Shown here piece after piece: positions 24,601 through 36,996 of a stretch of DNA of 64,000 nt. Made by a program: the position numbers and the translations under genes. Within the stretch, counting starts at the first letter, position 1; every line of letters begins with the position of its first letter. The stretch lies in contig OZ024741.1 in assembly GCA_964016885.1 (NCBI GenBank), positions 133,548,001-133,612,000 on the forward strand. Reading direction: 5' to 3'. The notes beneath the pieces are model-generated. The model did no database searches. It saw only the letters and a program-made list of their open reading frames with translations, and had not been told where the DNA came from. Origin of the DNA: Eledone cirrhosa. Taxonomy: Eukaryota.

Positions 24601-27026
24601 GATAATTTCAATGATTGCAGATAAGTTAGTATTTATGAAAGCTGGCATATTACTGTTTAGAATTTTGTTGACCTTAGACACGTTTGTATTTGTAGAGCCA
24701 TGAAGGTGTATAGCCTAGTGGTTAGTGTGTTGAACTTTTGAGTATCATGTCATAGGTTCAATTCTTGGAACAAGTGACACATTGGGTTCGCAAACAAAAC
24801 GCTTCATTTCACATTGTTCTAGTCCACTCAGCTGAAAATCAGTTCCAACTGTAGCTGGGGATTAAGCCTGCGATGGTCTGGTGTCTTGTTCAGGGGAAAG
24901 TCTTATACTCTCAGTCAGCTAACACCAATGAAACTGGGATAAGCACTGGCCTGATGGATCTCCAGGCATTGAGACAAACTTTAACTTTTTTTTTAAAGCT
25001 GTCAAACTTTGTAATTTAAACTATACAAAATTTGTGAAAATATTATTTGAAGAGTTTTAAACTTGACATGATATAAATTTTAATGATACTGACCAACCAA
25101 CATAATTATAAGGACAGATTTCGTTAAGCAGGACTTTCATTAAAGGTTTGAAACTATTCCAAAGGTTGCTAACAACAACAAAAACAACAGCTGACACTTC
25201 CACCACCATTATCATCATATGTCCATCTTCCATGCTGGGTTGGATGGGTTGTCATCATCATTTAACATCAATTTTTCCACGTGAGCATGGGTTAGACAGG
25301 TTGTCCTATTTGAACCAAGTTGGGTTAGGTGACCGTATCTTGCTCACACAGAACTGTTTCTGGCTTGGTTTCTATGGCTGGATGCCCTTCCTAACGCCAA
25401 CCACATTTTCAGTGTACGCTGGGTGCTTTTTGTTGTGACTCCTACACGACCACTTTACAGTGTGGATTGGGTGTTTTTTGTCGTGACAGCTACATGACCA
25501 CTTTACAGTGTGCGCTGGGTGCTTTTTGTCGTGACACCTACACAACCACTTTATAGTGTGGGCTGAGCGCTTTTTACTGTGTCACCATCATGACTACTTT
25601 ACTGTGTATGGTCCATATTTGGCATGGCTTCTATTGCTGAATGCCCTTGCTAATGTTAATCACATTAAAGAGTGTACTGGGTGCATTTTTTCGTGTTACA
25701 ACTAATTTATTTTTTCAGTGTATCTACAATTACATTATCCAGTATATTCTTCATTTTTAAAGCAGAATATAAATTGAAGGAGATTTGACTATTATTTCTA
25801 GCAGATTGAGTGTCCACATTGAAGTTCATTGTTGGCTCATCAAATCATTGTTAGTTGCAAATGGTGAAAGCAATGGTAGTCTAGGATATTTCTTTGGTAA
25901 TATCTGAGAAATTTTAGATGATTAAAAAGAACGAAAGGAACTTACAGTTTTGCCATACTCTTTATGGAGGTTGTTGAATACATCAATGGCACTATAGGGA
26001 CGATTCTGTTGATTTAGATAATCTAACACTGGTTTTTGTACTGAAATATTGAAAAAAATATTTGTGCTGCCACAGTAACTTTGAATGGGGTAGTGAATAA
26101 GATGACTCTTAACCTCCTGTAATGATTCAGCAGAAAAGATTTAAAATCAGGTTTGTTAATTCAAATGTTCAGAGTATCTTTACTAGGTAACAGATTGTGA
26201 AAATTTGCAGTGATTTAGCAGAAATATCGTTGCCTTTCATCCTTACGGGGTCGATAAAATAAAGTACCAGTAATGCACTGGGTTTTTGCTGGCTTTGTGC
26301 CAAAAAGAACAAACAATTATTATTATTATAACATAAACACAAGGCCAACAATTACCCAGTGTATTACTTTATTTTATTCATCCTTACGGGGTCGATAAAA
26401 TAAAGTACCAGTAATACACTGTAAAATTTGCTGGCCTTGTGCTATAAACAATTATTATAACATAAACACAAACAATAGATAATTAATGAACTACATACAC
26501 CAAACATTACACAAAATAATTAATCTTTTTGGTAAAATACAAACGGGCAACTACATCTCTGCCTCCTCAGCTATCTGCCTGCCTACAATTTCACGCATCA
26601 ATGAACAATAACACGTTTAACATGACAACTGATGTAGATTTGCCAGCTTCCCTCTAATACCTTTTGAGGCAAGCCAACACACTGCCAGCGTTATCCAAAC
26701 AACAGAAGACACTTCCGCGGAAAGAATATTTATTGACTTGCTCGTGAAAACAACGACAATTAGCAGAAGGACAGATCAACCGTTCTTCTACAAGAATAAG
26801 GAAAATAGTATTTCGCAAAGTACCAGTAATGCACTGGATAATTGCTGGCCTTGTGCCTAAAGTAGAAACAATTATTTATAGTTATCTGTACTGAGACTAG
26901 CATGTTTTCAATTTTCCCCAATGCTTCGTAAATTAACGAAAACGTTATTTATAACTGCATCATATTTTTGTTAGTTTGATTTGAAAAGAAACAGAAGTGT
27001 ATATTACCGTCTTTGGTTTTGCTCAT
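12589..27026 (-). CDS. PSMC3IP: Homologous-pairing protein 2 (HOP2/TBPIP), 9 coding exons, 211 aa
   Basis: Exons (-): 27008-27026, 25946-26040, 20176-20265, 18972-19083, 16989-17059, 16078-16155, 13895-13948, 12802-12861, 12589-12645; 636 nt; all introns GT-AG with compatible phases. Protein: MSKTKDVQKPVLDYLNQQNRPYSAIDVFNNLHKEYGKTAVTKSLDELAESGKIKKKTYGKQCVYVANQ...VYQERQKCVKEWRKRKRLANDILNAILEGYPKTKKHLYEEIGVETDEDCGVIIPDI; has HOP2 hallmarks QNRPYS, YGKQ, WRKRKR, GxETDED. Confidence 0.96.
12802..12861 (-). CDS. PSMC3IP: HOP2 exon 8
   Basis: ANDILNAILEGYPKTKKHLY; 60 nt; AG/GTGAGT. Confidence 0.96.
12995..13420 (-). mobile_element. Degenerate RTE fragment in HOP2 intron 7
   Basis: Reverse complement resembles RTE C-terminal region (GGACATGTGATATGCATGGATGAT, GTAGAGGAAGACCA, CTCTAGGTGACCAAATTAG). 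Confidence 0.7.
13895..13948 (-). CDS. PSMC3IP: HOP2 exon 7
   Basis: VYQERQKCVKEWRKRKRL; 54 nt; CAG/GTGAG. Confidence 0.96.
14300..15830 (+). mobile_element. Degenerate R4/Dong-type (RLE) non-LTR retrotransposon in HOP2 intron 6
   Basis: Remnants of GIFQGDSLSP, HILFMDDLKL, FAAQDQ, ETILHIVGECSKL, PDI..D, QKGCLLGT; ends toward (AAT)n. Confidence 0.8.
15825..16055 (-). mobile_element. tRNA-derived SINE family 1 (Nin/Deu-like core)
   Basis: Same element as 53828-54012; further copies or fragments near 4645, 12040, 20635, 20880, 26230, 26380, 26820, 28070, 46630, 48170, 53150, 60800. Confidence 0.85.
16078..16155 (-). CDS. PSMC3IP: HOP2 exon 6
   Basis: NSKLSEKLAKLKSGNTVVITKDEKDK; 78 nt; long poly-T tract plus TAG acceptor, GT donor. 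Confidence 0.9.
16989..17059 (-). CDS. PSMC3IP: HOP2 exon 5
   Basis: YKQLNNSLSTEEAQKQLETYSKE; 71 nt; CAG/GTAAGT. Confidence 0.93.
17385..17730 (+). mobile_element. tRNA-derived SINE family 2 with RTE-derived tail
   Basis: A-box TGGCTTAGTGG, B-box GAGTTCAATTC, TCCTTGAGCAAGACACT core; tail matches RTE 3'UTR at 485-750; (GAT)n end; related head at 24705-24850. Confidence 0.85.
18972..19083 (-). CDS. PSMC3IP: HOP2 exon 4
   Basis: DNFPTLSDVEMKTLETDIQKLTSKIQNLQNEINSLEK; 112 nt; TTTCAG/GTGAGT. Confidence 0.95.
20176..20265 (-). CDS. PSMC3IP: HOP2 exon 3
   Basis: AVTKSLDELAESGKIKKKTYGKQCVYVANQ; 90 nt; AG/GT boundaries. Confidence 0.95.
21200..24100 (+). mobile_element. CR1-group LINE ORF2 (APE and RT), degenerate, in HOP2 intron 2
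   Basis: RKDR..RGGGV, VYRPP, GDFNYP, SDH; LDFAKAFNSVPH, SGVPQGSVLGPLLF, KYADD, VRPHLEFASPVWNP, WNKLP; multiple stops and frameshifts. Confidence 0.93.
25205..25700 (-). mobile_element. RTE 3'UTR fragment with tandem ~43-bp subrepeats
   Basis: CATCAT tail, CATGGGTTAGACAGGTTGTCC, GGATGCCCTTCCTAAC and repeated CCACTTTACAGTG. Confidence 0.8.
25946..26040 (-). CDS. PSMC3IP: HOP2 exon 2
   Basis: TTTCAG acceptor, GTAAGT donor; QKPVLDYLNQQNRPYSAIDVFNNLHKEYGKT. Confidence 0.96.
27008..27026 (-). CDS. PSMC3IP: HOP2 coding exon 1 (MSKTKD)
   Basis: ATG at 27026-27024; donor GTAATA; phase 1 fits exon 2. Confidence 0.8.
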
Positions 27027-27149
27027 CTTTGATAGTTAATATATTTAATATATCTAATCCGAGTAATTCAGAATGTTTTGTAAGTCGAATTATACAGAAA
27101 CTTAAATCACGTCTGCTTCTTCGATTTTTGTTTTCTTCAGTAATTAAAA

Positions 27150-27157
27150 TTTCCCGC
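27150..27157 (+). promoter_or_regulatory. Candidate E2F site upstream of HOP2
   Basis: Exact TTTCCCGC about 125 bp upstream of the ATG in otherwise AT-rich DNA. Confidence 0.45.
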
Positions 27158-28283
27158 CGGGTCTTTAAAAAAATTCGAATGTATTTTTGAAACGGAAAAA
27201 GAAACACAAGAGAAGAAAAAATTGTATTTAAACAAAATAACCAGCAGTTGATTACATGAATTATAAATAAATGAAATAAGTGAATAGATAAAGAAATAAC
27301 TAACATTATATCATAATAAATTGACTACATATACACATTAATATATACGTAAAGTTTATTTGATTTCTGTTTATAGAATTACAATTTGATAAACAGTATT
27401 TGATTTTAATGCAAAATTCTTATAGAATAAAAGAGAAACTGTCTGCTAAATGTACTGAAGATGCTATATCGTTCCAGCAATCTTGGAAGATTAAAAGAAA
27501 AACCATAAAGAAAAACAAACGAAAACAAAATCGATCGCAACAGAATTTAAATTTAAAATGTGTGTGGTGTCATTTAAATGTACATACTTTAAAAATACGT
27601 ATCTTAATCGTATTAAATGAAGCTAAACTAATATTCTAAAAGTTCTAATAGAAACGCCTGGAGTATTATTAATCTATATTTTTTAATATAATTTTTATAT
27701 AAGTGGAACACAGTAAAAAGTGAAAAAAAAATGACATCTTTAAACGCAAGCTTTGGGAGTAGTCTCCCTTTAACTTTGTAATATCACAACGCCATGGCTA
27801 GTCAGTCCATAACTCTCCGAAATACTTGCCATGCACATGCTTTGCTGCAGACGTCAAGCTGAACATCAATCTCAACGATATCCAAAACCTGTGTCATAGA
27901 CCCAATGAATCCTCTCCCCACTAAATATTGATTTCTAATTTAGACACATTCTCAGCAATTTTTAACTAAACTATATTAGCAGGAGGTACGATCAATTTTG
28001 AACTGATCTTCGTATTAGCTGGTGGGTAGGATCGAGTGGTGTTTCTTTTAATAATTACTAGGGTGGGGGTAGGGCGATGGATTGGCAGAAATGTTAGCGT
28101 CGGAAAAAACGCTTTTCAGCATTTAGTTATGGTTCTTTATGCTGAGAGTTCAAATCCTGCCGAGGTAAAATTTATCTTTCATCCTTTTAGAGGTCGATAA
28201 AATAAAGTATCAGCCAAGTACTGGTGTTGACCTAATAAGTCTTAACCTTCTCTCAAATTATTATTATTATTATTATTATTATT

Positions 28284-31017
28284 AGGACAGGCATCGCAAC
28301 CGACGTGCTTGCGGCGAGATTGGCACTCGACCAATTCTTCAACGCAAAACACGAAGGCTGCGTTGTCAGAGCTAGAGCGCGGGCTCTGAAACACGAGGGG
28401 ACAAAAGCCGTCCAATGGGCCCGGGTGGCAGAGGCGCGACGTGGCAATAAATCCACAATTCGGTCTTTGTCTGACCAAAACGGGTGCGTGATGCTCGAAC
28501 CCGAGCGGATGTGTGAAGCTTTTCAGCAGCACTTTGCTGAACTGTTCGGGAGCGGCGGCGGCCCGGATCGGGACATGGACTTCAGTGCATACCTCGACGG
28601 ACTGCCTCGGCTCTCGACGACCGCAGCACAGTGTTGCGAAAAGCCAATAACAGCCAGTGAAATACGGGAAGCGATGGCTAACTGCACAAGAGGTAAATCG
28701 CCAGGTTTAGATGGTCTGCTCTACGAGCTTTATGCATTTATGCCAGACTTGTTCGGTGACCTCTTGGCAGACGTCTACTGCAACTGGCAGCAGAACGGGA
28801 GCACTCCCAGTTTTGTGAGCGGGGGAGCAGTGGCGCTGCTGAGAAAAGACCCGAACAAGGGGGATGTTATTGATAATTTCAGGCCCATAACTCTGCTAAA
28901 CGCAGAGTTCAAGATTTTGGCCAAGGTGTTAGCAACGAGGTTGGCGCTTGTCGTCAAGGGTCTGGTGGGGGAGGCGCAGACATGCGCCATCCCGGACAGA
29001 TCCATACACGACAACCTCCACCTCATGCGATACATCATAGAGAGGGTGGTTAAGGAACCTGGCAAGGGTAGGGCCCGGATCAACTTGGATCAATCCAAAG
29101 CATTCGATAGGGTCGACCATCGGTACCTGGCAGCGGTCCTCGAGGCAGCCAGTTTCGAGCCCGTTTTCAGGCGTTGGATCGCAGCAATGTACAGCGACAT
29201 CTGCTCAGTTGTGAGGGTGAACGGTCACCTGTCGCAGCCGTTCAGCATCATGCGCTCAGTCCGCCAGGGTTGTCCCCTCTCGTCCCTCTTGTACGTATTG
29301 GCTCTCGAGCCGTTACTGCGAACTAGGATGCGGGAAATCCGAGTCGGCTTACGTTGACAACGTCACCGTGGTGGTGTCGAGCACCAGACACGTCCAGATG
29401 CTCGGCACAGCTCTCAAGGAATACGAAACGGTGACAGGAGCAAAGATAAACCAGGAAAAGTCGGTGGGCTTGCAGCTAGGCACCTGGAGAGGCAAGTCCA
29501 TGCCGTCCGACAGCGTCGTGGGGCGTTGGACGGACGGACCGGTTAAATTGCTCGGGGTCTGGTTCGGACCGGACCTCCAGATGGAGAAAAGCTGGAACGA
29601 GGTGACGAGCAGGGTGGCCTCCCTCACCCAGAAATGGGCTGAGAGGAAGCTGTCCCTGAAAGGCTGGGCGGAAGTGTCGAATGCGTACATCACATCCGTC
29701 ATCTGCTACCGCCTCACCGTCGTCCCTTGCTCCAGCCCAACTCTCACCAAAATGGAGCGCCTCCTCTTCCGTTTTTTGTGGAAGGGACGCGCTCCCATGG
29801 TCAAACGATCCATCTGCTGTCAACACCCGTTGCGTGGAGGACTGGGCATGCCATGGTTGATGATGCGCAAACATGCGCTGAGGCTGCGACATCTCTGGTG
29901 CTTCCTTGATGGTGAACGGGTGTGGTCGCCGTTCGCCAGGCACATTTTCCCACAGCTCGTCTCCTTGACGGAGCTGCAGTCCTGGGTCAGAAAAAGACCG
30001 AGGGATAGCGCTTGGAAACTGGAATGTCTCCAGGCGCTCACTGCCCTCTCCCAGTTGGGCACCAGTATCGGTGGAACATCCACCTCGGCGTTCTATAGAG
30101 GACTAGTGGAGGGGAAGAGCGACGACGCTCTCGGAGAGATCCTGGGCGTCGAAGAAGATCAGCTGCTTGCTCTCTTCCGGAGAACTTTCAGCCCAGGGCC
30201 TATGGATAACTTTCAAAAATCCCTGGCCTGGCAGTGCTACCGGGGAGCGCTGCCGGTTCGAGATAAGCTCTACAGGCACGAAAGTGCCGTCAGCCGAGCC
30301 TGTCCGAGATGCGCGCATAGCGACGAAACCGTTGTGCACGCACTCGTTCAGTGCCCGAGCATTGCTGACTTGTGGAGCTATGTCGAACAGTTGCTGTCAT
30401 GTGTGGGACTGATCCGGTTGTCGACTGAGTCCATTGTGCAGATGGTCTCGCCGTCTTCCTTTGAGGAGGAAGGGCAGGCGGTTTTCATCTGCCTGGTGGC
30501 CATGGCGAAAGAGATTGTGTGGTGGACAAGGTTAAAAGGATTAAAGACAAACACTTTCCTCTTCGGCGAATCCCTGATTAACTTTTTCAAGTTTCACTTG
30601 AAGAGGAAAATCAGGGTGGAGAGGCAAGTGCTGCTTACTAGCAAGTTTGTTGAAAGGTGGGTGAATGTAGCGAGAATGGTCCGAGTGAACGGGACCACTC
30701 TGAATATACGTCTGTAGTTTGAGAGATGGAAAAATTGAGAGAGGGCGCTTGCCCTGGTAGTCAGAGTGGCCGTGGTCTTTTGTGTGGTTTTCGCCACGAG
30801 TAACCCTCGGAGGTTTCCCCCCTATTGGGGAATTTTTCATTGTTTCAATTTTCATTTTATTGTTTTATGTCTTTTTTCTTTTCTTATATAAATAATACAA
30901 ATATTTACACGCACAAAACCCACATCGTACCGTCCTGTTCCGTCTGTGATGTTTTTCTTGATGTCAGCCCTTGTGGCCAATAAAGAAATCATTATTATTA
31001 TTATTATTATTATTATT
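28284..31017 (+). mobile_element. 5'-truncated Tx1/L1-clade LINE (copy 1)
   Basis: KSPGLDG, FRPITLLNAEFKILAK, LDQSKAFDRVDH, VRQGCPLS, mutated YVDN catalytic motif, C-terminal CPRC..ET..H...C; (ATT)n on both sides. Confidence 0.93.
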
Positions 31018-34000
31018 GAATGCTATGGTTGACGGAGGCTCGGCTCTGTAAGGTATTGTAAATTTTGACCGCTATAACAATTGTAAATTGTTTAAAACTT
31101 TAACCAACTTGTAGACAAAAACACCCTCCTCCTCGTGAGAGGGGTCTTTCTGCCCGTTATTTGGCCCTTCGGGGTTAAATAACCGCCTATTGGGGTTTTG
31201 TGCCCAATATTTATTTTAAACAAAAAAACAACATGGCTACGAAAAAGAATTTTCATAGGTCACTCCCACTCATTCCGTCTTCTTCTTCCTCAATCGTCAC
31301 TACAGCAGAGAGAAGATTATCTCTCTCCCTCCCTTCTTTAAATGTGTCTCTCTCCCTCCCTTCTCTTTCGCAAGCGACGACAGAAAAGAAAAATCTCGTG
31401 CAAAGCATGCAAGACTTCTCCACGACGACGACGACAACGACGAAACAGGTGTGCGGGAAATACGAAAACCCATTTCATTCGTCTGACGTCAGGAATAATA
31501 GCAGTAGCAGCCGTAATAACAACAGCAACAGTGACAAGGAAAACAACAGTAGCAGCCGCAACAGCATCAGAGCAGCATAAACAACAACAGCATCATCAGC
31601 AGCAACAACCACAACAACAACGGCGGCGGCAGTAGTCGTAGTACCTGCAGCAAAAACAAAAGTAACAGCAGTTCTGACGACAACAACAACAACAACAACA
31701 GCAGCAAAGAAAAACCAATCTCGTTTGCAGGTATCGCAAAGAACCTGGAAACCATCCTCATAACAAATGAGGAATTAGAGGAAGCGAAGAAGATGGTGAC
31801 AAAAACTGGACACCGAGCAATCTGCAAGGCAGCGGAAAAAATTTTCGAAACCCAACAGCACTGTACGGTCACGTACTGTACAGTAAGTACAAAATCCCGT
31901 AGGGTTGAAAGAGCCACAGAGGCTCAAATACAAAAAGCCTTGGGGTCTGTGTGGCAGCGGAAAACGCACATCACCCGAGGCAAGAAATATGCCACCGTAG
32001 ACGTACTTTTTGCCACACCCCAGGAGGCAAAGGCTCAATCCTTAGTGACCCTAAGGAGCGAGGAAATGGTGTTGGTGCCCTCCTACTGCGGGCAAAAAAT
32101 TGTGAGGGTCAAACTGACCCACGTCCCCCCCCGGGATGGCCCCTTCTTGGCTGGCCGCGTCTGTCCTCGTCGGAATCGAGGACAAAACAACTGTACTGCA
32201 AGTACAGAAAAAAGTAAGAGAAGATTGGGTCGGCACCTCCATTGAGATGTTAATCCAAACCAACCAGGAGTGCATCGAAGCTATTCCGGATGTGATAGAC
32301 TTCGATAACGGCACTCAACTGCCCATAAGTGTTGAGGGCAAACGCCCGAAATGCTTTCGCTGTGGATCGAAGACTCACCTCAGAGCCTTCTGCAATGAGA
32401 ACACCCTGAGAAAGGAGAAAACCCCCCTCCTTCCGAATCCGGCTCCACGGCTACCAGCAACAGGACAATCGGCAACCAGGAACGATAGGACCGTGGCACC
32501 CATACCCACGCCACGGAAATCAAAAACAGCAGCAGCAGTGGAAGTATTAACAACAGCAAGAGCAATATCAAATGCAGCTGCAACAGAGACTCCAGTGCAA
32601 ACATCACCAACAACAACAAGTGAAAGAGTGGAGCTGGTACCCCTCCCCGACCTCACAGAATCAGACATGGAGTGTGAGGTGGGAGAGGGATGGCAAAAGG
32701 TCGTAAGAAGGCACAAACGCAGAAGCAGCGCATCGTCGCCTTTGAAAAGGGAGGAAAGAAATGAAAAAAGGGTAAAGTCTACTGCAAAGAGACTCACAGC
32801 AGCAACACCACCAACACCATCACCACCTACACTAGCACCACCATCACCACCGGCGACAACCCCACCGCCAACAACACCTTCAACACCACCACCACAAGCA
32901 CCAACATCGCAAACACAACAACAAAACACACACACCCAGCAACAACGACAAGAAAATAGCAGAACCACACCCCACCCCCAGAAAAACAAATGCACGGCAA
33001 TAAATACACACAACAAGAAACTAATGACTTACATAATTGAACACACAGACATTTCACAACACGACTACATAATGCCAGCACCAATCAAAACGCCAACTAA
33101 CATAAGACTGCTAAAAATAGCACAGAAACAATACACACACATTAAAACGAAATTCCCCAACGCAGTTGGGGATTTCAGAGACCTAGGAGGGACTATCAAC
33201 CGAAGAGTATATCCGGACATACTCATAGAAGAGCCGACGACCAGTCGAAGGGACGATTCAACGGTCCCTTCACCAGACGATCAAGTGAAAAGGGATGGAA
33301 AAACCATCCCTCCTCTACGAAAAGTACGGTAAGTGGTCTTTCCCATCTTTTCCACTCTATTTTAAACATGACCTCACTCAGAATAGGCAGCATAAATGCA
33401 CGTGGCTTGGGATCGTGATGGAAGCAGGGTAACCTGCTCAACGACCTCAGGTCACTAAACATAGATGTAGTGGCCATCAGTGAGACCAGAATCTCCGAAG
33501 CACGGGCCTTCGCACCGATCTTCGGCGGCTACGATGTGTACGCATCTCCCAGCCGTCCTGGACCGGGGGGAGGAGTTGCTGTGCTTTTTCGGAGAGGTTT
33601 GGATCTCGCCATACGGGCCATCTTCCTGGACCCAGAGGGTAAGTTGGTGGTGCTGGACGTGACCAGCGGAGACGGGCAAGCTTTCAGGCTAGTGGCCGTC
33701 TATGCCCCGACAGGAGCAGGGCGGCCTGATTTCTTCCGGCGTCTGGAGACCTTTCTTGGAACGTCCCGCTCTTTAGTGTTAGTGGGCGACTGGAACGGGA
33801 TCTTAGATGCACGCTGGGACTGTGTGGGATTAGCGGATAGGGGTGGATGGTGCAAGAGCCTCACCAACCTGCTCAGGCGTTTTGAACTGTCTGACAGGTA
33901 CCGATTGGATTTCCCGAATGTGCCAATGTGGACTTGGACAAATCGCATAGGGTCATCCAGATCATATCTAGATAGAGTATTTTGTAGGGAAATAGATAGG

Positions 34001-36996
34001 TCTAGCATAGGCTGTCCACAATTCAAGATAGTCAGCTACACGGACCACAAATTCGTGATCTGTGTGCTTGACTTAGATAGGCTTTATAGACGAGGACCCG
34101 GCTACTGGAAGCTAAACGCGTCCTTACCAGCGCGCAAGGCCTACAGAGACCGGATTAGCGAACTAATTAAGCGGGCGTTGACAGGGGCCATCGTCAACAA
34201 CAAGTGGTGGTTTGCTCTAAAAGAGCGATTAGAATAGAACCGATTAGGTTTAGTAAGTTTTTAGCAATAGAGAAAAATAGAGCAGAGGGAGAACTAGTTA
34301 GAAAATTAGACGAGGCGCTTAGCAAAGGCATTGCGACCGACGTGCTTGCGGCGAAATTGGCCCTTGACCAATTCTTCAATGCAAAGCACGAAGGCTGCGT
34401 TGTCAGAGCAAGGGTGCGTGCTCTCAGACACGAGGGGACGAAAGCCGTTCAATGGGCTCGAGTGGCGGAGGCGCATCGTGGCAACAAAGCCACGATCCGG
34501 TCTTTGGTGGACCACGACGGGCGCATGCTACTCGATCCCGGGCAAATGTGTGAAGCTTTTCAGCGACACTTCGCTCAGCTGTTCGGGGGCAGCGGTGGGC
34601 CGGGTCGAGGGATGGACTTTAGTGTCTACCTCGACGGACTGCCGCGGCTCTCGGCCACTGAGGCGGAGTGTTGCGAAAAGCCGATAACAGCCGCTGAAGT
34701 AAGGGAGGCAATGACTGGCTGAACAGGGGGTAAATCGCCTGGTTTGGATGGTCTGCCCTATGAACTTTACGTACAGATGCCAGGCTTGTTCGGAGGCCTC
34801 TTGGCGGACGTCTACTGCAACTGGCAACAGAACGGGAGAATTCCCAGTTCTGTGAGCCGAGGAGCGGTGGCACTGCTGAGAAAGGATCCGAACAAGGGGG
34901 ATAACATAGATAATTTCCGGCCCATAACTCTGCTAAACACAGAGTTCAAGATTTTGGCCAAGGTGCTAGCAAAGAGGTTGGCGCTTGTCGTTGGTGGTCT
35001 GGTGGGAGAGGCGCAGACATGCGCCATTCCCGACAGATCCATCCACGACAACCTCCACCTCATGCGATACATCGTAGAGAGGGTAGCTAGGGAACCTGGC
35101 ACGGGTGGGTCCTTGATCAATTTAGATCAGTCGAAAGCTTTCGATAGGGTCGACCATCGTTACCTAGCGGCAGTCCTAAGGGCGGCTGGCTTTGGGCCCG
35201 TCTTCTGTGTTGAGAGTGAACGGTCACCTGTCGGAACCGTTCAACATCATGCGCTCGGTCCGCCAAGGATGTCCCCTCTCGTCCCTCTTGTACGTATTGA
35301 CTCTCGAGCCATTACTGCACAAACTGGAGACGTTGAGGGGAGTCCCGCGCGAACTAGGATGCGGAAGATCTGTGTCAGCATATGCGGACGATGTCACCGT
35401 AGTGGTGTCGAACGCCAAACACACCAAGGCGATCGGCACTACACTAAGAGAATACGAAGCGGTGACAGGAGCAATGATCAACCAGGAAAAGTCAGTGGGC
35501 CTGCAGCTCGGCACCTGGAGAGGCAGGTCCATGCCGCCCAACAGCGTCGTCGGACGCTGGACGGACGGACCGGTTAAATTGTTAGGGGTCTGGTTCGGTC
35601 CGGACCTCCAGACGGACAAAAACTGGGACGAGGTGACGAGCAGGGTGGCTTCTCTCACCCAGAAATGGGCGGAGAGGAAGCTATCCTTGAAAGGTCGAGC
35701 GGAGGTGGCTAACGCGTACATCGCGTCCGTCATCTGCTACCGCCTGACCGTCGTACCTTGTCCTAAGCCTCGCCTGACTGCGCTGGAGCGTTTGCTCTTT
35801 CGCTTTTTGTGGAAGGGACGTGCTCCGATGGTCAGGCGGTCCATCTGTTGTCAACACCCGCTACGTGGAGGGCTGGGCATGCCGTGGCTGATGATGCGCA
35901 GGCACGCGCTCAGGCTACGACATCTCCACCTCTTCCTCGACGGTGATCAGGTGTGGTCGCCGTTTGCTAGACACGTATTTCCCCAGCTCGTTTCCTTGAC
36001 GGAGCTGCAGTCCTGGGTCAAGCGAAGGCCGAGAGGGAGCGCCTGGAGACTGGAATGTCTTCAGGCGCTCACAGCCCTCGACCAATCGGGCAATGTGATC
36101 GGTGGAAACTCCACCTCGGCGTTCTATAGAGGATTAGTGGAGGGGAAGAGCGACGACGTACTTGGGGAAACTCTAGGCGTCGACGAAAATCAACTAGCCA
36201 ATCTCTTCGGAAGAACTTTCGGGCCAGGGCCTATGGACAACTTCCAGAAATCTCTGGCCTGGCAGTGCTACCGAGGAGCCTTGCCAGTTCGGGATAAACT
36301 CTACAGGCATGGAGGTGCCGTCAGCCGGGCATGTCCGAGATGCGCGCAGGGCGACGAAACCGTCCTGCACGCACTCGTCCAGTGTCCGAAAATTGCTGAC
36401 TTGTGGGTTTATGTCGAACACCTGCTGTCGCGTTTAGGACGGATCCGGCTATCATCTGAGTCCATCGTGAGGATTGCCCCGCCCTCCTCCTTTAGCCGGG
36501 AAGGGCAGGCAGTTTTTATCTGTCTGGTGGCCATGGCGAAAGAGATAGTATGGTGGACACGTTTGAAAGGGCTGAAGACGAGCACTTACCTCTTCGGTAA
36601 TGCTCTGATTGACTTTTTCAAATTTCATTTGAAAAGGAAAATCAGAGTAGAGAGGGAAGTGCTCTCTTCCCAGCATTTTGTTGAAAGATGGGTGAGAGAA
36701 GCAAGAATGGCCCGAGTGAATGGGCCTACTCTGAGTATATATCTGTAAATTAAAGGTGGAAAACTGGGAGAGGGCACTTGCCTTGGTGGTCAGGGTCATT
36801 GTGGCTTTTTACTGGGCTTTCTCCACAAATGTCCCTCCGAAGTCTCCCCCCTATTGGGGAGTTTTTCATTGTTATTTTTTGTTACATCCTCTGTTTTTGT
36901 TTTTTACACGCAGAAATGCCCATTTGTACCGTCCTGCATTGTCCTGCACTGTCCTTAATGTCTACTTTATGTAAACCCTTGTGGTTAATAAAGAAA

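Noticed and set aside
12589-27026. Antisense orientation bias of intronic LINEs in HOP2
   Set aside because: CR1 and R4 are antisense but the RTE fragments are sense; too few elements to conclude.
32375-33016. 213-aa Gly/Val-rich minus-strand ORF
   Set aside because: Antisense shadow of the Pro/Thr-rich Tx1 ORF1.
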